A stretch of DNA of 64,000 nucleotides from Nitrososphaerota archaeon. GTDB taxonomy: Archaea > Thermoproteota > Nitrososphaeria_A > Caldarchaeales > Wolframiiraptoraceae. Made by a program: the position numbers and the translations under genes. The notes beneath the pieces are model-generated. The model was not told the DNA's origin, searched no databases, and saw only the letters and a program-made list of their open reading frames with translations. Numbering within the stretch: the first letter of the stretch is position 1; every line of letters begins with the position of its first letter. Location of the stretch: assembly GCA_021159365.1 (NCBI GenBank), contig JAGGRY010000003.1, positions 385-64,384 on the forward strand, read 5' to 3'. This document shows, one piece after another, positions 9,382 to 19,255 of this stretch.

Positions 9382-10050
9382 CTAGTGCGTCAGATATTTT
9401 TTGATCATGTTCTCGCTCGACTCGATCAATTCATGATATTCAAACACTTCCTTAAAGTTCTTGGTAACCAATCGCTTCACCTCTTCAAGATCTACTTTCT
9501 TTCCAAGTTCGCGTTGAATCGATGTCATCATCTCTGGACTCAAACCGCATGGCTTGATGAGTTTGAAGTATCTTAGATCTGTGTTCACGTTTAAGGCGAA
9601 TCCATGATAGGTTATCCAGTGGCTTAGGGCTAAGCCTATTGAGGCGATCTTCCGCCCATTTACCCAAACCCCTGGATACTTCTTAACCCTATATCCATTT
9701 AACCCGAATTCTTTAATCGTTCTCATGAGAATCTCCTCAATACTTCTAACGTATTCCCATACGTCAATTCCAAGCCCTTCCAAGTCGATTATCGTGTATC
9801 CCACCAGCTGGCCTGGGCCATGATAAGTTGCTTCTCCGCCTCTCTCAATCTTATAGACTGGGATTTTAGGCAATCTTAGATCTATTGATTTAAGCCTCTT
9901 CCCCAAAGTTATGACGCGCTCATGTTCTAATAGGAGTAGGGTGTCGGGAATCTTTCCCGCGGATCGAAGCTTAACTAATTTTAATTGTAGATCATGAGCC
10001 TTTAGATAATCGATTAATCCGAGATCTATCACCAATAGCTTCTTGACCAT
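9382..10050 (-). CDS. lipB: octanoyltransferase (lipoyl(octanoyl) transferase)
   Basis: 222 aa. ERGGEATYHGPGQLVGY and GRKIASIGL are LipB signatures. Confidence 0.9.
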   Translation of the reverse strand: MVKKLLVIDLGLIDYLKAHDLQLKLVKLRSAGKIPDTLLLLEHERVITLGKRLKSIDLRLPKIPVYKIERGGEATYHGPGQLVGYTIIDLEGLGIDVWEYVRSIEEILMRTIKEFGLNGYRVKKYPGVWVNGRKIASIGLALSHWITYHGFALNVNTDLRYFKLIKPCGLSPEMMTSIQRELGKKVDLEEVKRLVTKNFKEVFEYHELIESSENMIKKYLTH

Positions 10051-10053
10051 ATC

Positions 10054-11451
10054 CTATCTCATCAAGATGTGTATGGGTTTCCAAAGAGCGGCTTCAGCTG
10101 CCTCGGTTATTATCTCGCTATAGGTTGGGTGAGGCCTAATGGTTCTAGCGAGCTGTTCAATCGTTAGTCCATTTCTCATCGCTAGGGCGATCTCGGCTAT
10201 GAGTTCGGAGACGTGGGCTCCAACCATCTGCGCTCCCAAGATTCTTCCACTACTCTCATCGATGACTATTCTCACAAATCCTTCTCCATGTCTTTCCGCT
10301 AAAGCTCTTCCAAGTGCCGAGAACGGGAACCTACCAACTTTAGGCTTGAATCCTTTCTTCTCAGCTTCATCTCTAGTTAATCCGACGAAAGCTATCTCAG
10401 GATCCGTGAATATCGCAGAAGGTATACATGATTCATCCACCCTCAGATCTTTTCCAGCAATGTTTTCGGCGGCGATTAATCCATGATAAGATGCTCGATG
10501 GGCTAGGAACGGCGGCCCCGTGACATCTCCAATCGCATAAATATTCTCAACATTAGTTTTAAGATGATCGTCAACGATTATGAATCCTCTCTTATCTGTT
10601 TCGATTCCAGCCTCCTCTACTCCCAGCTCCTTGGTTGAAGCCCTCTTTCCAACCGATACCACGGCGCAGTCGGCCTCCACTTCAAAGCTCTCATCTTTCC
10701 CCTCAACTTGAGCCTTAACTATATTGTCGGAGATTTTTGATGAGACCACCTTAGAGTTTACATAGATCTCCGCTCCAAGCGATTTTAAGGTCTTCTCAAC
10801 ACACTCGACCAAGTCCTTCTCAAGCCCTGGAAGAATTTGAGGCATAAGCTCAACTATGATGAGCTTCGCTCCAAGCTTTGCGTAAAATGTTCCTATTTCG
10901 AGTCCCGCCACCCCTCCCCCAACAATTAACATCTTCCTAGGAACTTCTTGAAGATTTAATGCATCACTTGAGCTGAACACCTTCTTTCCATCGAAGGGTA
11001 TCATTGGGAGGGAGATATGTTCAGAGCCTGTCGCTATCACAATATTTTCTCCAACAAATTCTTTTTCAGATCCATCCTTGAGTTTAACCGATATCTTGTT
11101 CTCGGACTTTAACCTTGCTTCCCCCTCAACTACCTTAACTCCATTGCCATTAAGCAAATATTTTATTCCAGCTCTAAGTCTTCTCAGGACACCGTTCTTA
11201 AATGACTGGAGTTTTCGGAAGTCTACTGAGAGCTTTTCAGAGATGATCCACGGAGAGTTCTTCGCGGCCCAAAATATGTTTACGCCGTTTATTAGGATCT
11301 TTGATGGAATACATCCCCTATTCAGACATTCTCCTCCAAGTGTATCTTTCTCAATTAAGAGCGTCTTGATCCCATGTTGGCCGAGTCTTATAGCAGAGAC
11401 ATATCCCCCAGGTCCTCCACCAATAACTATTGCCTGATATTGCTCGCTCAT
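10054..11451 (-). CDS. lpd: dihydrolipoyl dehydrogenase
   Basis: 465 aa. GGGPGGY FAD fold, redox disulfide GGECLNRGCIPSK, second dinucleotide fold VGGGVAGLE, and C-terminal HPTYSE interface motif. Confidence 0.92.
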   Translation of the reverse strand: MSEQYQAIVIGGGPGGYVSAIRLGQHGIKTLLIEKDTLGGECLNRGCIPSKILINGVNIFWAAKNSPWIISEKLSVDFRKLQSFKNGVLRRLRAGIKYLLNGNGVKVVEGEARLKSENKISVKLKDGSEKEFVGENIVIATGSEHISLPMIPFDGKKVFSSSDALNLQEVPRKMLIVGGGVAGLEIGTFYAKLGAKLIIVELMPQILPGLEKDLVECVEKTLKSLGAEIYVNSKVVSSKISDNIVKAQVEGKDESFEVEADCAVVSVGKRASTKELGVEEAGIETDKRGFIIVDDHLKTNVENIYAIGDVTGPPFLAHRASYHGLIAAENIAGKDLRVDESCIPSAIFTDPEIAFVGLTRDEAEKKGFKPKVGRFPFSALGRALAERHGEGFVRIVIDESSGRILGAQMVGAHVSELIAEIALAMRNGLTIEQLARTIRPHPTYSEIITEAAEAALWKPIHILMR

Positions 11452-11490
11452 CTTTGAGATCGCCTCAACCCCTTAGAATTCCACCTAATA

Positions 11491-12369
11491 TTAAACCTTG
11501 TGGAGAACGTGTTTGATGAAATATTCTCCAGCTTTGTATGAACTTCTGACGAGTGGGGCTGAGGCGACATATAGGAATCCAAGTCTCTCACCGATCTCCT
11601 TGAACCACCTAAACTTTTCAGGCGTAACGTATTCAACTACCGGTAAATGGTGTCTAGTTGGTTGAAGATATTGGCCAATAGTCAATATGTCAACTCCAAC
11701 GGATCTCAAGTCTTCCATGGCCTTAATCACCTCATCATCTCTCTCACCCAATCCGAGCATGATCGATGACTTCGTATATATCTCGTCTGAGAGATCTTTA
11801 ACGATCTCAAGCGTTCTCAAAGACTTCCAATATCCAGCCCTCGGATCCCTAACCTTAGGGGTGAGCCTTTCAACGGTCTCGATGTTATGGGCCACGACAT
11901 CCACGCCTGATTTGACCACCATCTTCAACGCGTTAGTATCATTATTGAAGTCCGGAATTAACACCTCTACGATGGTGTCAGGAGATTTCTCTTTTATGAG
12001 TCTAACAGTCTCGGCATATACCGATGCGCCGCCATCCTCCAGATCATCACGAGTCACGGATGTAAGAACAACATAGTCTAAATTCAACTCCCTTACAGCC
12101 TCCGCGACTCTCCTAGGCTCATCCCAATCAACGTAACCGCGTGGATTACCCGTTTTAACCGCGCAGAACTTACACGCCCTAGTGCATATATCTCCTAATA
12201 GCATGATTGTGGCGGTCCCGCTTCCCCAGCACTCAGAAATGTTTGGACATAGAGCTTCATCGCAAACCGTATGAAGTCTATACTTACGGATTATCGACCT
12301 AACTCTCGAATATGTCTCTCCGGCTGGGAGCTTCACCTTAATCCAAGGAGGTTTTCTCAAAGGCTTCAT
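11491..12369 (-). CDS. lipA: lipoyl synthase
   Basis: 292 aa. CDEALCPNISEC auxiliary cluster, radical-SAM CTRACKFCAV and the typical LipA C-terminal region. Confidence 0.95.
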   Translation of the reverse strand: MKPLRKPPWIKVKLPAGETYSRVRSIIRKYRLHTVCDEALCPNISECWGSGTATIMLLGDICTRACKFCAVKTGNPRGYVDWDEPRRVAEAVRELNLDYVVLTSVTRDDLEDGGASVYAETVRLIKEKSPDTIVEVLIPDFNNDTNALKMVVKSGVDVVAHNIETVERLTPKVRDPRAGYWKSLRTLEIVKDLSDEIYTKSSIMLGLGERDDEVIKAMEDLRSVGVDILTIGQYLQPTRHHLPVVEYVTPEKFRWFKEIGERLGFLYVASAPLVRSSYKAGEYFIKHVLHKV

Positions 12370-12473
12370 TTCACATGCATAACAAAGCTCTTAAAAATAA
12401 ATCTAGCCTCGTCTAGAATAAATGCTAAATAGGTGGATCTCATCGTATATCCCTGAATATCGGGTGAAGATAT

Positions 12474-13040
12474 ATGATGTTGATCGAGGTTAGGTGGCAT
12501 GGAAGAGGCGGCCAGGGAGTCGTCACCGGAAGCAATCTATTGGCAAGGGCGATGATCTTGGAAGGAAAATATGCTCAACATTTCCCTGAATTCGGGCCGG
12601 AGCGCGCAGGAGCTCCAGTGAAATCATATACGAGGATCTCCGACCAGCCTATTGAGATCCATTGCGGAATCTATGAACCGGATATGGTTATCGTAATAGA
12701 TCCTGTGATGTCGAAGAACCCGCAGGAATACGTCTATGGTTTAAAGAAGGGCGGCGACATCTTTCTAAATCATTCAGGCGGAGACGAGGAGATCGTTGAA
12801 TGGGCGAGGAGCGCGGGCTTCAAACTCCACGTTCTAGATGCTAGGAAGATATCTCTAGAAGAGATTAATAGAGAGATTTATAATGTTCCAATGCTCGCGG
12901 CGATGCTGAAGGTGAAGAAGCTCTGCAGTCTACAGACTTTTGAGAAGGTCTTAGCTCAAAGATTTTCAGGAAAGGTTTTAGAGATGAACTTAAAGCTTGT
13001 TAAGAGGGCTTCAGAGGAGGTTGAGACTCTTGTCGGCTAA
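12474..13040 (+). CDS. porG: 2-oxoacid (pyruvate):ferredoxin oxidoreductase gamma subunit
   Basis: 188 aa. IRWHGRGGQGVVT motif. First gene of a gamma-delta-alpha-beta set. Confidence 0.85.
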   Translation: MMLIEVRWHGRGGQGVVTGSNLLARAMILEGKYAQHFPEFGPERAGAPVKSYTRISDQPIEIHCGIYEPDMVIVIDPVMSKNPQEYVYGLKKGGDIFLNHSGGDEEIVEWARSAGFKLHVLDARKISLEEINREIYNVPMLAAMLKVKKLCSLQTFEKVLAQRFSGKVLEMNLKLVKRASEEVETLVG

Positions 13041-13338
13041 AAGTGATGTTAAGAAGATCTTAAAGGGAGAATTTACCTACAAGACCTTGCCCATGTCTGC
13101 GATGATTCTCTCACCACCGACATCTCCAGAGTATAAGACCGGAACGTGGAGAGTTAAGAAACCTGTGATAGATCAGTCGAAGTGCATAAGATGTCTTCTA
13201 TGCTGGGTATATTGCCCAGATATGGCCATCATGAGATTAGAGGATGATCATGTGAAGATCGACTATGATTACTGCAAAGGATGCGGAATCTGCGTCTCCG
13301 TATGCCCGGTTAAAGCGATAAAGATGGAGGAGGGATGA
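12997..13338 (+). CDS. porD: 2-oxoacid:ferredoxin oxidoreductase delta (ferredoxin) subunit
   Basis: CIRCLLCWVYCPD and CKGCGICVSVCP form two 4Fe-4S motifs. Start is uncertain: the ORF-track TTG overlaps porG by 44 nt, and internal starts are possible. Confidence 0.85.
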   Translation: MLRGLQRRLRLLSAKSDVKKILKGEFTYKTLPMSAMILSPPTSPEYKTGTWRVKKPVIDQSKCIRCLLCWVYCPDMAIMRLEDDHVKIDYDYCKGCGICVSVCPVKAIKMEEG

Positions 13339-13342
13339 GAGA

Positions 13343-14527
13343 ATGACTCAAGTTGAGAGATTAGCTTTTATGGGAGATGAAGCCGTCGCATACGCTGTAA
13401 AGCAGTGTAATGTAGATGTAATAGCCGCCTATCCAATAACTCCTCAAACCATAATAGTCGAGAGACTAAGCGAATATGTTGCAAATGGAGAGCTTGACGC
13501 CGCATTCATACCAGTCGAGAGCGAGCATTCAGCGATCTCTGCCTGTGTCGGCGCATCTCTAGCGGGAGCAAGAGTCTATACATCTACATGCAGTCAGGGA
13601 TTGGCTTTAATGCATGAAATCCTCCACGCCGCGTCCTCTATGAGAGCACCGATAGGGATGACTATTGCCAATAGATCTCTCAATGCTCCGCTCAACATAC
13701 ATTGTGAGCATAGTGATGTGATGAACGCTAGAGATACCGGATGGGTTCATTTATTCGCGAATAATGTCCAGCAAGCATATGACTTAACCTTCATCTCATT
13801 TAAGGTTGCTGAAGATCCGAGAGTTCTTCTACCGGTCTCGGTTAACATCGATGCATTTGTGCTATCTCATAGCGTCGAACCCATAACCCCGATAACGGAT
13901 GAAGATGCAGCAAAATATCTTCCACCGAGAGAATATGAATATCCGATAAATCCCGATAGGCCGATAACCTATGGAACCATGGCCCTCCCAGACACTTATA
14001 TGGAGTTCAAGATGCAGTTTAAGGAAGCTTTAGATAGGGTTCCAGAAGTCTTCGAGGAAGCCGTAAAGGAATATGAGAAGATTAGTGGGAGAAGATATTG
14101 GTATTATGATTCATACGAGATCGAAGATGCAGATGCGCTCGTCATAGTGCTTGGATCCACGTATGGAACTGTGAAGACCGCCGCGAAAAAGCTCAGGGCT
14201 GAAGGATTGAAGGTCGGGGTGATGGGATTAACCATGTTCAGACCATTACCTGAGAAGGAGCTTGTAAAGGTCTTGAGGAATATGAAGGCCGTCGTCGTCA
14301 TGGATAGGGCATACAGTTATGGAGGACTTGGTGGACCGCTATACACGGATATCATCGGAGTACTTTACAGAAATGGAATAAGAATTCCGGCTAAAAACAT
14401 AGTGTATGGACTCGGTGGAAGAGACTTTAAGCTTGATGAAGCTGAAGCAATCTTAAGAATGGCTGAAAAGGGTGTGAGAGAAGGAGGTTTTGAGACTCAC
14501 GTAGATTGGTGGGGGGTGAGAAGATGA
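13343..14527 (+). CDS. porA: 2-oxoacid:ferredoxin oxidoreductase alpha subunit
   Basis: 394 aa. GDEAVAYAVKQCNVDVIAAYPITPQT..ESEHSA is typical of the POR alpha N-terminus. Confidence 0.9.
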   Translation: MTQVERLAFMGDEAVAYAVKQCNVDVIAAYPITPQTIIVERLSEYVANGELDAAFIPVESEHSAISACVGASLAGARVYTSTCSQGLALMHEILHAASSMRAPIGMTIANRSLNAPLNIHCEHSDVMNARDTGWVHLFANNVQQAYDLTFISFKVAEDPRVLLPVSVNIDAFVLSHSVEPITPITDEDAAKYLPPREYEYPINPDRPITYGTMALPDTYMEFKMQFKEALDRVPEVFEEAVKEYEKISGRRYWYYDSYEIEDADALVIVLGSTYGTVKTAAKKLRAEGLKVGVMGLTMFRPLPEKELVKVLRNMKAVVVMDRAYSYGGLGGPLYTDIIGVLYRNGIRIPAKNIVYGLGGRDFKLDEAEAILRMAEKGVREGGFETHVDWWGVRR

Positions 14528-15468
14528 GTGAACTCAAATACTTCAAAACCGTGAAGGAAATTCCAAGAGAAGATAGATTCGCGAAAGGCCATAGACTCTG
14601 CGCTGGGTGTGGAGCTGCAATAGCGATGAAGTTGGCCATGAAAGCTGTTAGGGGGCCGACTGTAGTGGTTAACGCCACCGGATGCGTTGAGGTCGCGACC
14701 ACATGCTATCCCTATTCTGCTTGGGCCGTCCCATACATTCATGTAGCATTCGAGAATACCGCCGCAGTAGCCTCAGGGATAATTGAGGCGAATAGGATCC
14801 TGAATAAGAAGCGGGGTTGGAAGCTTTATGATGTCATAGCCATCGGAGGAGATGGCGGGACATTCGATATAGGCCTGCAGGCTCTCTCAGGGGCTTTGGA
14901 GAGAGGCCATAACTTACTCTATATCTGCTACGACAATGAGGCATATATGAACACTGGGATCCAGAGGTCTGGAGCAACTCCGCTTGGAGCGGCGACGACC
15001 ACTAGCCCGGCTGGAACCATTATACCTGGAAAGCCTCAGAGAAAGAAAGATCTGATAGGAATAGCGGTGGCTCATAGAATTCCATATGCGGCGACAGCGA
15101 GCATAGCTTATCCAATAGACTACATGAATAAGATTAGGAAGGCTTTGGAGATTGAGGGGCCGAAGGTCATCCATGTCTTGACTCCATGCGTCCCAGGCTG
15201 GAGATACAGTCCATCCGATACGATCAAGCTTGCAAGACTCGCCGTCGAGACCAGATATTTCCCGGTCTACGAGGTCGAGAATGGAAGAGTGAAGATAACG
15301 ATCAAGGTCGATAGGCCAAAGCCTGTTGAAGAGTTCCTAAAGCTTCAGAGAAGGTTCGCCCACCTACTAAAGCCTGAGAACGCCCATATCCTAGAGGCCT
15401 TGAAGAGGGGCCTTGAGGAGAATTGGGAGAGACTAGTTAAGCTCGAAGAGAGCGGAGTAATCATCTAG
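14524..15468 (+). CDS. porB: 2-oxoacid:ferredoxin oxidoreductase beta (TPP-binding) subunit
   Basis: CAGCG, GGDGGTFDIG and CYDNEAYMNTG are TPP-binding motifs. I prefer ATG 14524, which forms an ATGA overlap with the porA stop. The ORF-track start is 14506. Confidence 0.9.
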   Translation: MSELKYFKTVKEIPREDRFAKGHRLCAGCGAAIAMKLAMKAVRGPTVVVNATGCVEVATTCYPYSAWAVPYIHVAFENTAAVASGIIEANRILNKKRGWKLYDVIAIGGDGGTFDIGLQALSGALERGHNLLYICYDNEAYMNTGIQRSGATPLGAATTTSPAGTIIPGKPQRKKDLIGIAVAHRIPYAATASIAYPIDYMNKIRKALEIEGPKVIHVLTPCVPGWRYSPSDTIKLARLAVETRYFPVYEVENGRVKITIKVDRPKPVEEFLKLQRRFAHLLKPENAHILEALKRGLEENWERLVKLEESGVII

Positions 15469-15511
15469 TTTCAATATACTTTTTTAACATCCAAATATTT
15501 TTAGACATGAT

Positions 15512-16186
15512 TTGAGCAAGACATTCATCGTGGTTTGGGAAGGCGTGGAAGGGGCTGGAAAAACGACCCTAATGAACGAAACCTGCAGATCTCTTCGCGG
15601 GATGGGCTATGAGATCTTAACTTATAAGACTCCAAGTAAAACTAGGACTGGAAGGTTTGCAAAGGAGTATGGGAATGAGCCAACGATAGACAGCTTGACG
15701 CGGACTCTCCTCTTTCTAGCGAATACGAGCGATGATTCAAGGATCATGAAGCAGGAAATAGAGGAAAATAATCCAGACTACTACTTCATTGACAGATATT
15801 ATCTCTGTTCAATAGTCTATGGACTTGCCTACTCAAAGTTGATGGGCGCAGAGGTGAGTGAAAGAGACTTTATCTCATTCTTAAATTTGATCGAGAAGAT
15901 CGGCGAGAAGATCTTTGTAAAACCAAACCTCTACATAATCGTTGACGTACCTGAGGAGAACAGGCTCAGGAGAATAGATCGAAAGGGAGCTGAAAGAGGA
16001 TTGGAAGGAGAGCTTGAGAAGAGCTCAAAGATGCAGGAATATGTGAGGAGATTCTATAGGGCGTTCATGGAGGAGTATCCTGACAAGGTTCTATGGATCA
16101 TTAATCCTGAGGGCAAGCTCGATGAAACGTGTAAAAATCTTGTCGATGAGCTTATACTTAGGCGCGAATCCCTAAGCAAAACTTAA
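15512..16186 (+). CDS. tmk: thymidylate kinase-like P-loop kinase
   Basis: 224 aa, TTG start. VVWEGVEGAGKTTL P-loop, DRYYLCSIVYG, and a lid-like RLRRIDRKG. Confidence 0.7.
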   Translation: MSKTFIVVWEGVEGAGKTTLMNETCRSLRGMGYEILTYKTPSKTRTGRFAKEYGNEPTIDSLTRTLLFLANTSDDSRIMKQEIEENNPDYYFIDRYYLCSIVYGLAYSKLMGAEVSERDFISFLNLIEKIGEKIFVKPNLYIIVDVPEENRLRRIDRKGAERGLEGELEKSSKMQEYVRRFYRAFMEEYPDKVLWIINPEGKLDETCKNLVDELILRRESLSKT

Positions 16187-16324
16187 ATTTAATGAAGTTC
16201 CCCTAATCGCCAAAGAGGTGCGTGGAGGGATGTCCCGCCAACATCCAAGTTAAAGACTTCGACAACGATTTTAGCGACAATATTAGTCATCGGCATCGTT
16301 ATAGGATTTGTAGCAGGTTGGTGT

Positions 16325-17092
16325 TTGAGAAATTATCTGGGTGAAACATCCAAGGCAACGATATTCAGGGGAAAGTTCTCTGAACCACCCCCACCAGGTA
16401 AAGAGGTTGTAATAGTTCTTGGATTCGACGCAAGCTATCCACCATTCACCTCTATAAATGAGGCTGGTGAAGCTGAAGGCTTCGACATAGACGTGATGAA
16501 ATGGATTGCGAAGAAATACGGCTGGAGATTGGTGTTTAAGCCTTGGGATTGGTCGACGATAGTAACGGCTTTAGAAAATGGAGATATTGATGTGATAGCT
16601 TCAGGGATGACGATAACTCCTGAGAGGGCTTCGAGGAAGATATGGTTCAGCATTCCATACTACTCATATATCCATGAAATCGTTGTGAGAGCGGATGAGA
16701 ATAGAAGCCTCGAAGAGATCCTGAATTCGGGTCAGCCAATAGCCGTTCAAATAGGGTCGACGGCTGAGAAGTGGGCGGATAAATTGCTAAAGGAGGGTTA
16801 TAGGTTCAAGAAACTCTGCCTAGGATCTTATGTCGAAGCCCTAGAAGCCCTCTTAGATGAGAGAGCCGTGGCCTACATCACCGACTCCGCATTCCTCAAT
16901 CCACATCTCTCAAAGAATCCCGAACTAAAGACGAAGATCAAAGTTCTCGCAACCTTGGGTGCTCCAGAGACCTATGGAATAGCGACAAGGCCTGAGGATG
17001 TCTGGCTTAGGGAGAAGATCAACGAGGCTCTATCGGAGCTTATGAATAGCCCTGAGTGGAATGAGCTGTTGAAGAAGTGGCATCTAGACTGA
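16325..17092 (+). CDS. polar amino-acid ABC transporter substrate-binding protein (family 3); true N-terminus lies upstream
   Basis: LGFDASYPPFTS..GFDIDVMKWIAK..DVIASGMTITPER is the SBP_bac_3 pattern. The same frame upstream (16196-16324) encodes a membrane anchor but contains no ATG/GTG/TTG (see findings). Confidence 0.85.
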   Translation: MRNYLGETSKATIFRGKFSEPPPPGKEVVIVLGFDASYPPFTSINEAGEAEGFDIDVMKWIAKKYGWRLVFKPWDWSTIVTALENGDIDVIASGMTITPERASRKIWFSIPYYSYIHEIVVRADENRSLEEILNSGQPIAVQIGSTAEKWADKLLKEGYRFKKLCLGSYVEALEALLDERAVAYITDSAFLNPHLSKNPELKTKIKVLATLGAPETYGIATRPEDVWLREKINEALSELMNSPEWNELLKKWHLD

Positions 17093-17105
17093 AGGCGGTG
17101 AACCC

Positions 17106-17777
17106 TTGATGAACCTAATGATATCCCTCTCTAAATACCTCCCATATATTTTTGAGGGAAGCTTATGGTCTCTCGGACTCGTTTTAGGAGGACTCGGAAT
17201 AGGATTCGTAATAGGAGTTATGTTTAGCTTAATCCAAGTCTATGGAAGTTCTCCCTTGAGAAGGTTGATCTCGCTTTATGTCTGGTTCTTTAGAGGAACA
17301 CCGCTCATAGTTCAACTATTCCTATTCCATTGGAGCATATTCCCAGCGTTGGGAATCAAATCAACCCCGCTAATAACGAGTATAACTGTCTTGGGACTCA
17401 GAAGCGGTGCATATCAATCTCAGATATTCAGAGGCGCGATCGGATCCATCGAGGAGAAGCAGATGCTTGCGGCGAAGGCCATCGGAATGAATGATTGGGA
17501 CGCTATCTCGTCCATAGTCCTGCCTCAAGCCCTTAGGATAGCTCTTCCCCAAATCTCGAATGAGTATTCGATAATCTTGAAGGACTCGGCGATATGCTTC
17601 ATTCTAGGAGTTATGGAATTGATGACGAGGGCGAAATACACGGCCATAGCGACGGGAATCGCCCTAATACCATATTTGATGGCAGGTTTAATCTACATAG
17701 GATTAACTTACATCGGTACGAAACTCTTTGACCTACTCTATCTGAAGATGAGGATTCCAGGATCTGTGGAGGGCTGA
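17106..17777 (+). CDS. amino-acid ABC transporter permease
   Basis: 223 aa, multi-TM, with EAA-type loop KAIGMNDWDAISSIVLPQALRIALP. Confidence 0.85.
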   Translation: MMNLMISLSKYLPYIFEGSLWSLGLVLGGLGIGFVIGVMFSLIQVYGSSPLRRLISLYVWFFRGTPLIVQLFLFHWSIFPALGIKSTPLITSITVLGLRSGAYQSQIFRGAIGSIEEKQMLAAKAIGMNDWDAISSIVLPQALRIALPQISNEYSIILKDSAICFILGVMELMTRAKYTAIATGIALIPYLMAGLIYIGLTYIGTKLFDLLYLKMRIPGSVEG

Positions 17778-17783
17778 TAAATC

Positions 17784-18545
17784 ATGTCTGGTGAAACAGT
17801 TCTAAGGGTTAAAGATCTGTATAAGAGATATGGAGATAGGATTGTCTTAAAGGGAGTATCATTTGAGATTAGGAAAGCCGAGGTTAAGGCGATAATGGGA
17901 CCGAGTGGGACTGGAAAGACCACTCTTCTAAAATGCATCGATATGCTCGTTAAACCTGATTCTGGGAGGATATGGTTGGAGGATTTAGAGCTAACCGATC
18001 CGAGAATTGATATAGGCGAAGCGAGGAAGAAAATTGGATTCGTCTTCCAAGAATTTAACTTGTTCCACCACTTAACAGCGATCAAGAACGTCATGATAGG
18101 ATTAACAAAGGTAAAGAAGCTTCCAAAGGATGAGGCGAGAACTATCGCGGAGAGAGCTTTGCTGAAAGTCCATATAGAAAGAGAATTATGGGATAAGTAT
18201 CCTGCCCAGCTCTCAGGAGGCCAGAAGCAGAGAGTCGCGATCGCTAGGGCGCTTGCCATGGAACCCATGATAATGCTCTATGACGAACCGACTTCAGCAT
18301 TAGACCCGCAGTTAACAGGAGAAGTCCTTGAAGTGATTAAGGAACTAGCGGAAGATGGGATGACCAGTTTAATCGTCACCCATGAGGTTGGCTTTGCCTC
18401 AGAGATAGCAGACGAGATCATGATAATGATGGATGGCAAGATAATTGAAAGAGGCGATCCACGGAAAGTGATTCACAATCCGAGGAGAGAGGAGACTAGG
18501 AGATTCTTCAGCAAGATCTTGAAAATTGGAGATGAGTCTCGATGA
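17784..18545 (+). CDS. amino-acid ABC transporter ATP-binding protein
   Basis: Walker A GPSGTGKTT, signature LSGGQKQRVAIARAL, Walker B MLYDEPTSALD, H-loop VTHE. Confidence 0.92.
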   Translation: MSGETVLRVKDLYKRYGDRIVLKGVSFEIRKAEVKAIMGPSGTGKTTLLKCIDMLVKPDSGRIWLEDLELTDPRIDIGEARKKIGFVFQEFNLFHHLTAIKNVMIGLTKVKKLPKDEARTIAERALLKVHIERELWDKYPAQLSGGQKQRVAIARALAMEPMIMLYDEPTSALDPQLTGEVLEVIKELAEDGMTSLIVTHEVGFASEIADEIMIMMDGKIIERGDPRKVIHNPRREETRRFFSKILKIGDESR

Positions 18546-19207
18546 GCTTCTGGGAAGAATTCCTTTCAAAACTCTCCTTCGGAACCTTGATAACCCTTCA
18601 ACTCCTCACAGTAACCATACCTTTAAGCGTGATCCTAGGAATACTCATCGGGATCCTAAGAGTTTATGGCGGAAGAATTGGAAAAACGCTGGCGAACCTA
18701 TACGTCTACATTTTCAGAGGATTTCCACTCTTAGTGACCTTGATGATAATGTTCTTCGGCCTAGCAGATATAGGGATAAGGTTAACCCCATATTGGGCGG
18801 CCGCCCTGGCGATCATAATCTGTAGCAGCGCATATCAATCCGAGTACGTTAAGATGTCGATACTCTCGATAGATGAGGGCCAATCTTTGGCCGCGAAGTC
18901 TCTTGGAATGAAGAGATCGACGGAGATATTCTACATAATTCTTCCACAGGCTCTTAGAGTAGCTCTCCCAGGAATAGGGAATGAGATCATCTACATGATC
19001 CTATATTCCTCGCTCGCCTATATAGTCGGGGTCAACGAGATATTTTCGGCGGCCATTAGCGTGAATTCGATCTGGTTTAAACCGACTGAGGTCTTCTTGG
19101 TGACCGCCTTAATCTATCTGGCCATGACGACGATGGCGTCCTATGGATTGAAAAAGCTTGAACACAGACTATGGATTCCAGGATTTGAGACGAGGAGGAA
19201 AAGTTGA
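18542..19207 (+). CDS. amino-acid ABC transporter permease (second)
   Basis: 221 aa, multi-TM, with EAA loop KSLGMKRSTEIFYIILPQALRVALP. 4-nt overlap with the ATPase gene. Confidence 0.85.
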   Translation: MSFWEEFLSKLSFGTLITLQLLTVTIPLSVILGILIGILRVYGGRIGKTLANLYVYIFRGFPLLVTLMIMFFGLADIGIRLTPYWAAALAIIICSSAYQSEYVKMSILSIDEGQSLAAKSLGMKRSTEIFYIILPQALRVALPGIGNEIIYMILYSSLAYIVGVNEIFSAAISVNSIWFKPTEVFLVTALIYLAMTTMASYGLKKLEHRLWIPGFETRRKS

Positions 19208-19255
19208 TCTAAGCTTAAAGCTTGGATCTCTCTGTAATGAATTGGAGGCTGGAGA

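Noticed and set aside
18526-18825. 99-aa ORF overlapping the second ABC permease in another frame
   Set aside because: The permease frame gives a coherent TM protein with an EAA loop. The alternative frame is Pro/Arg/Asn-rich with no features.
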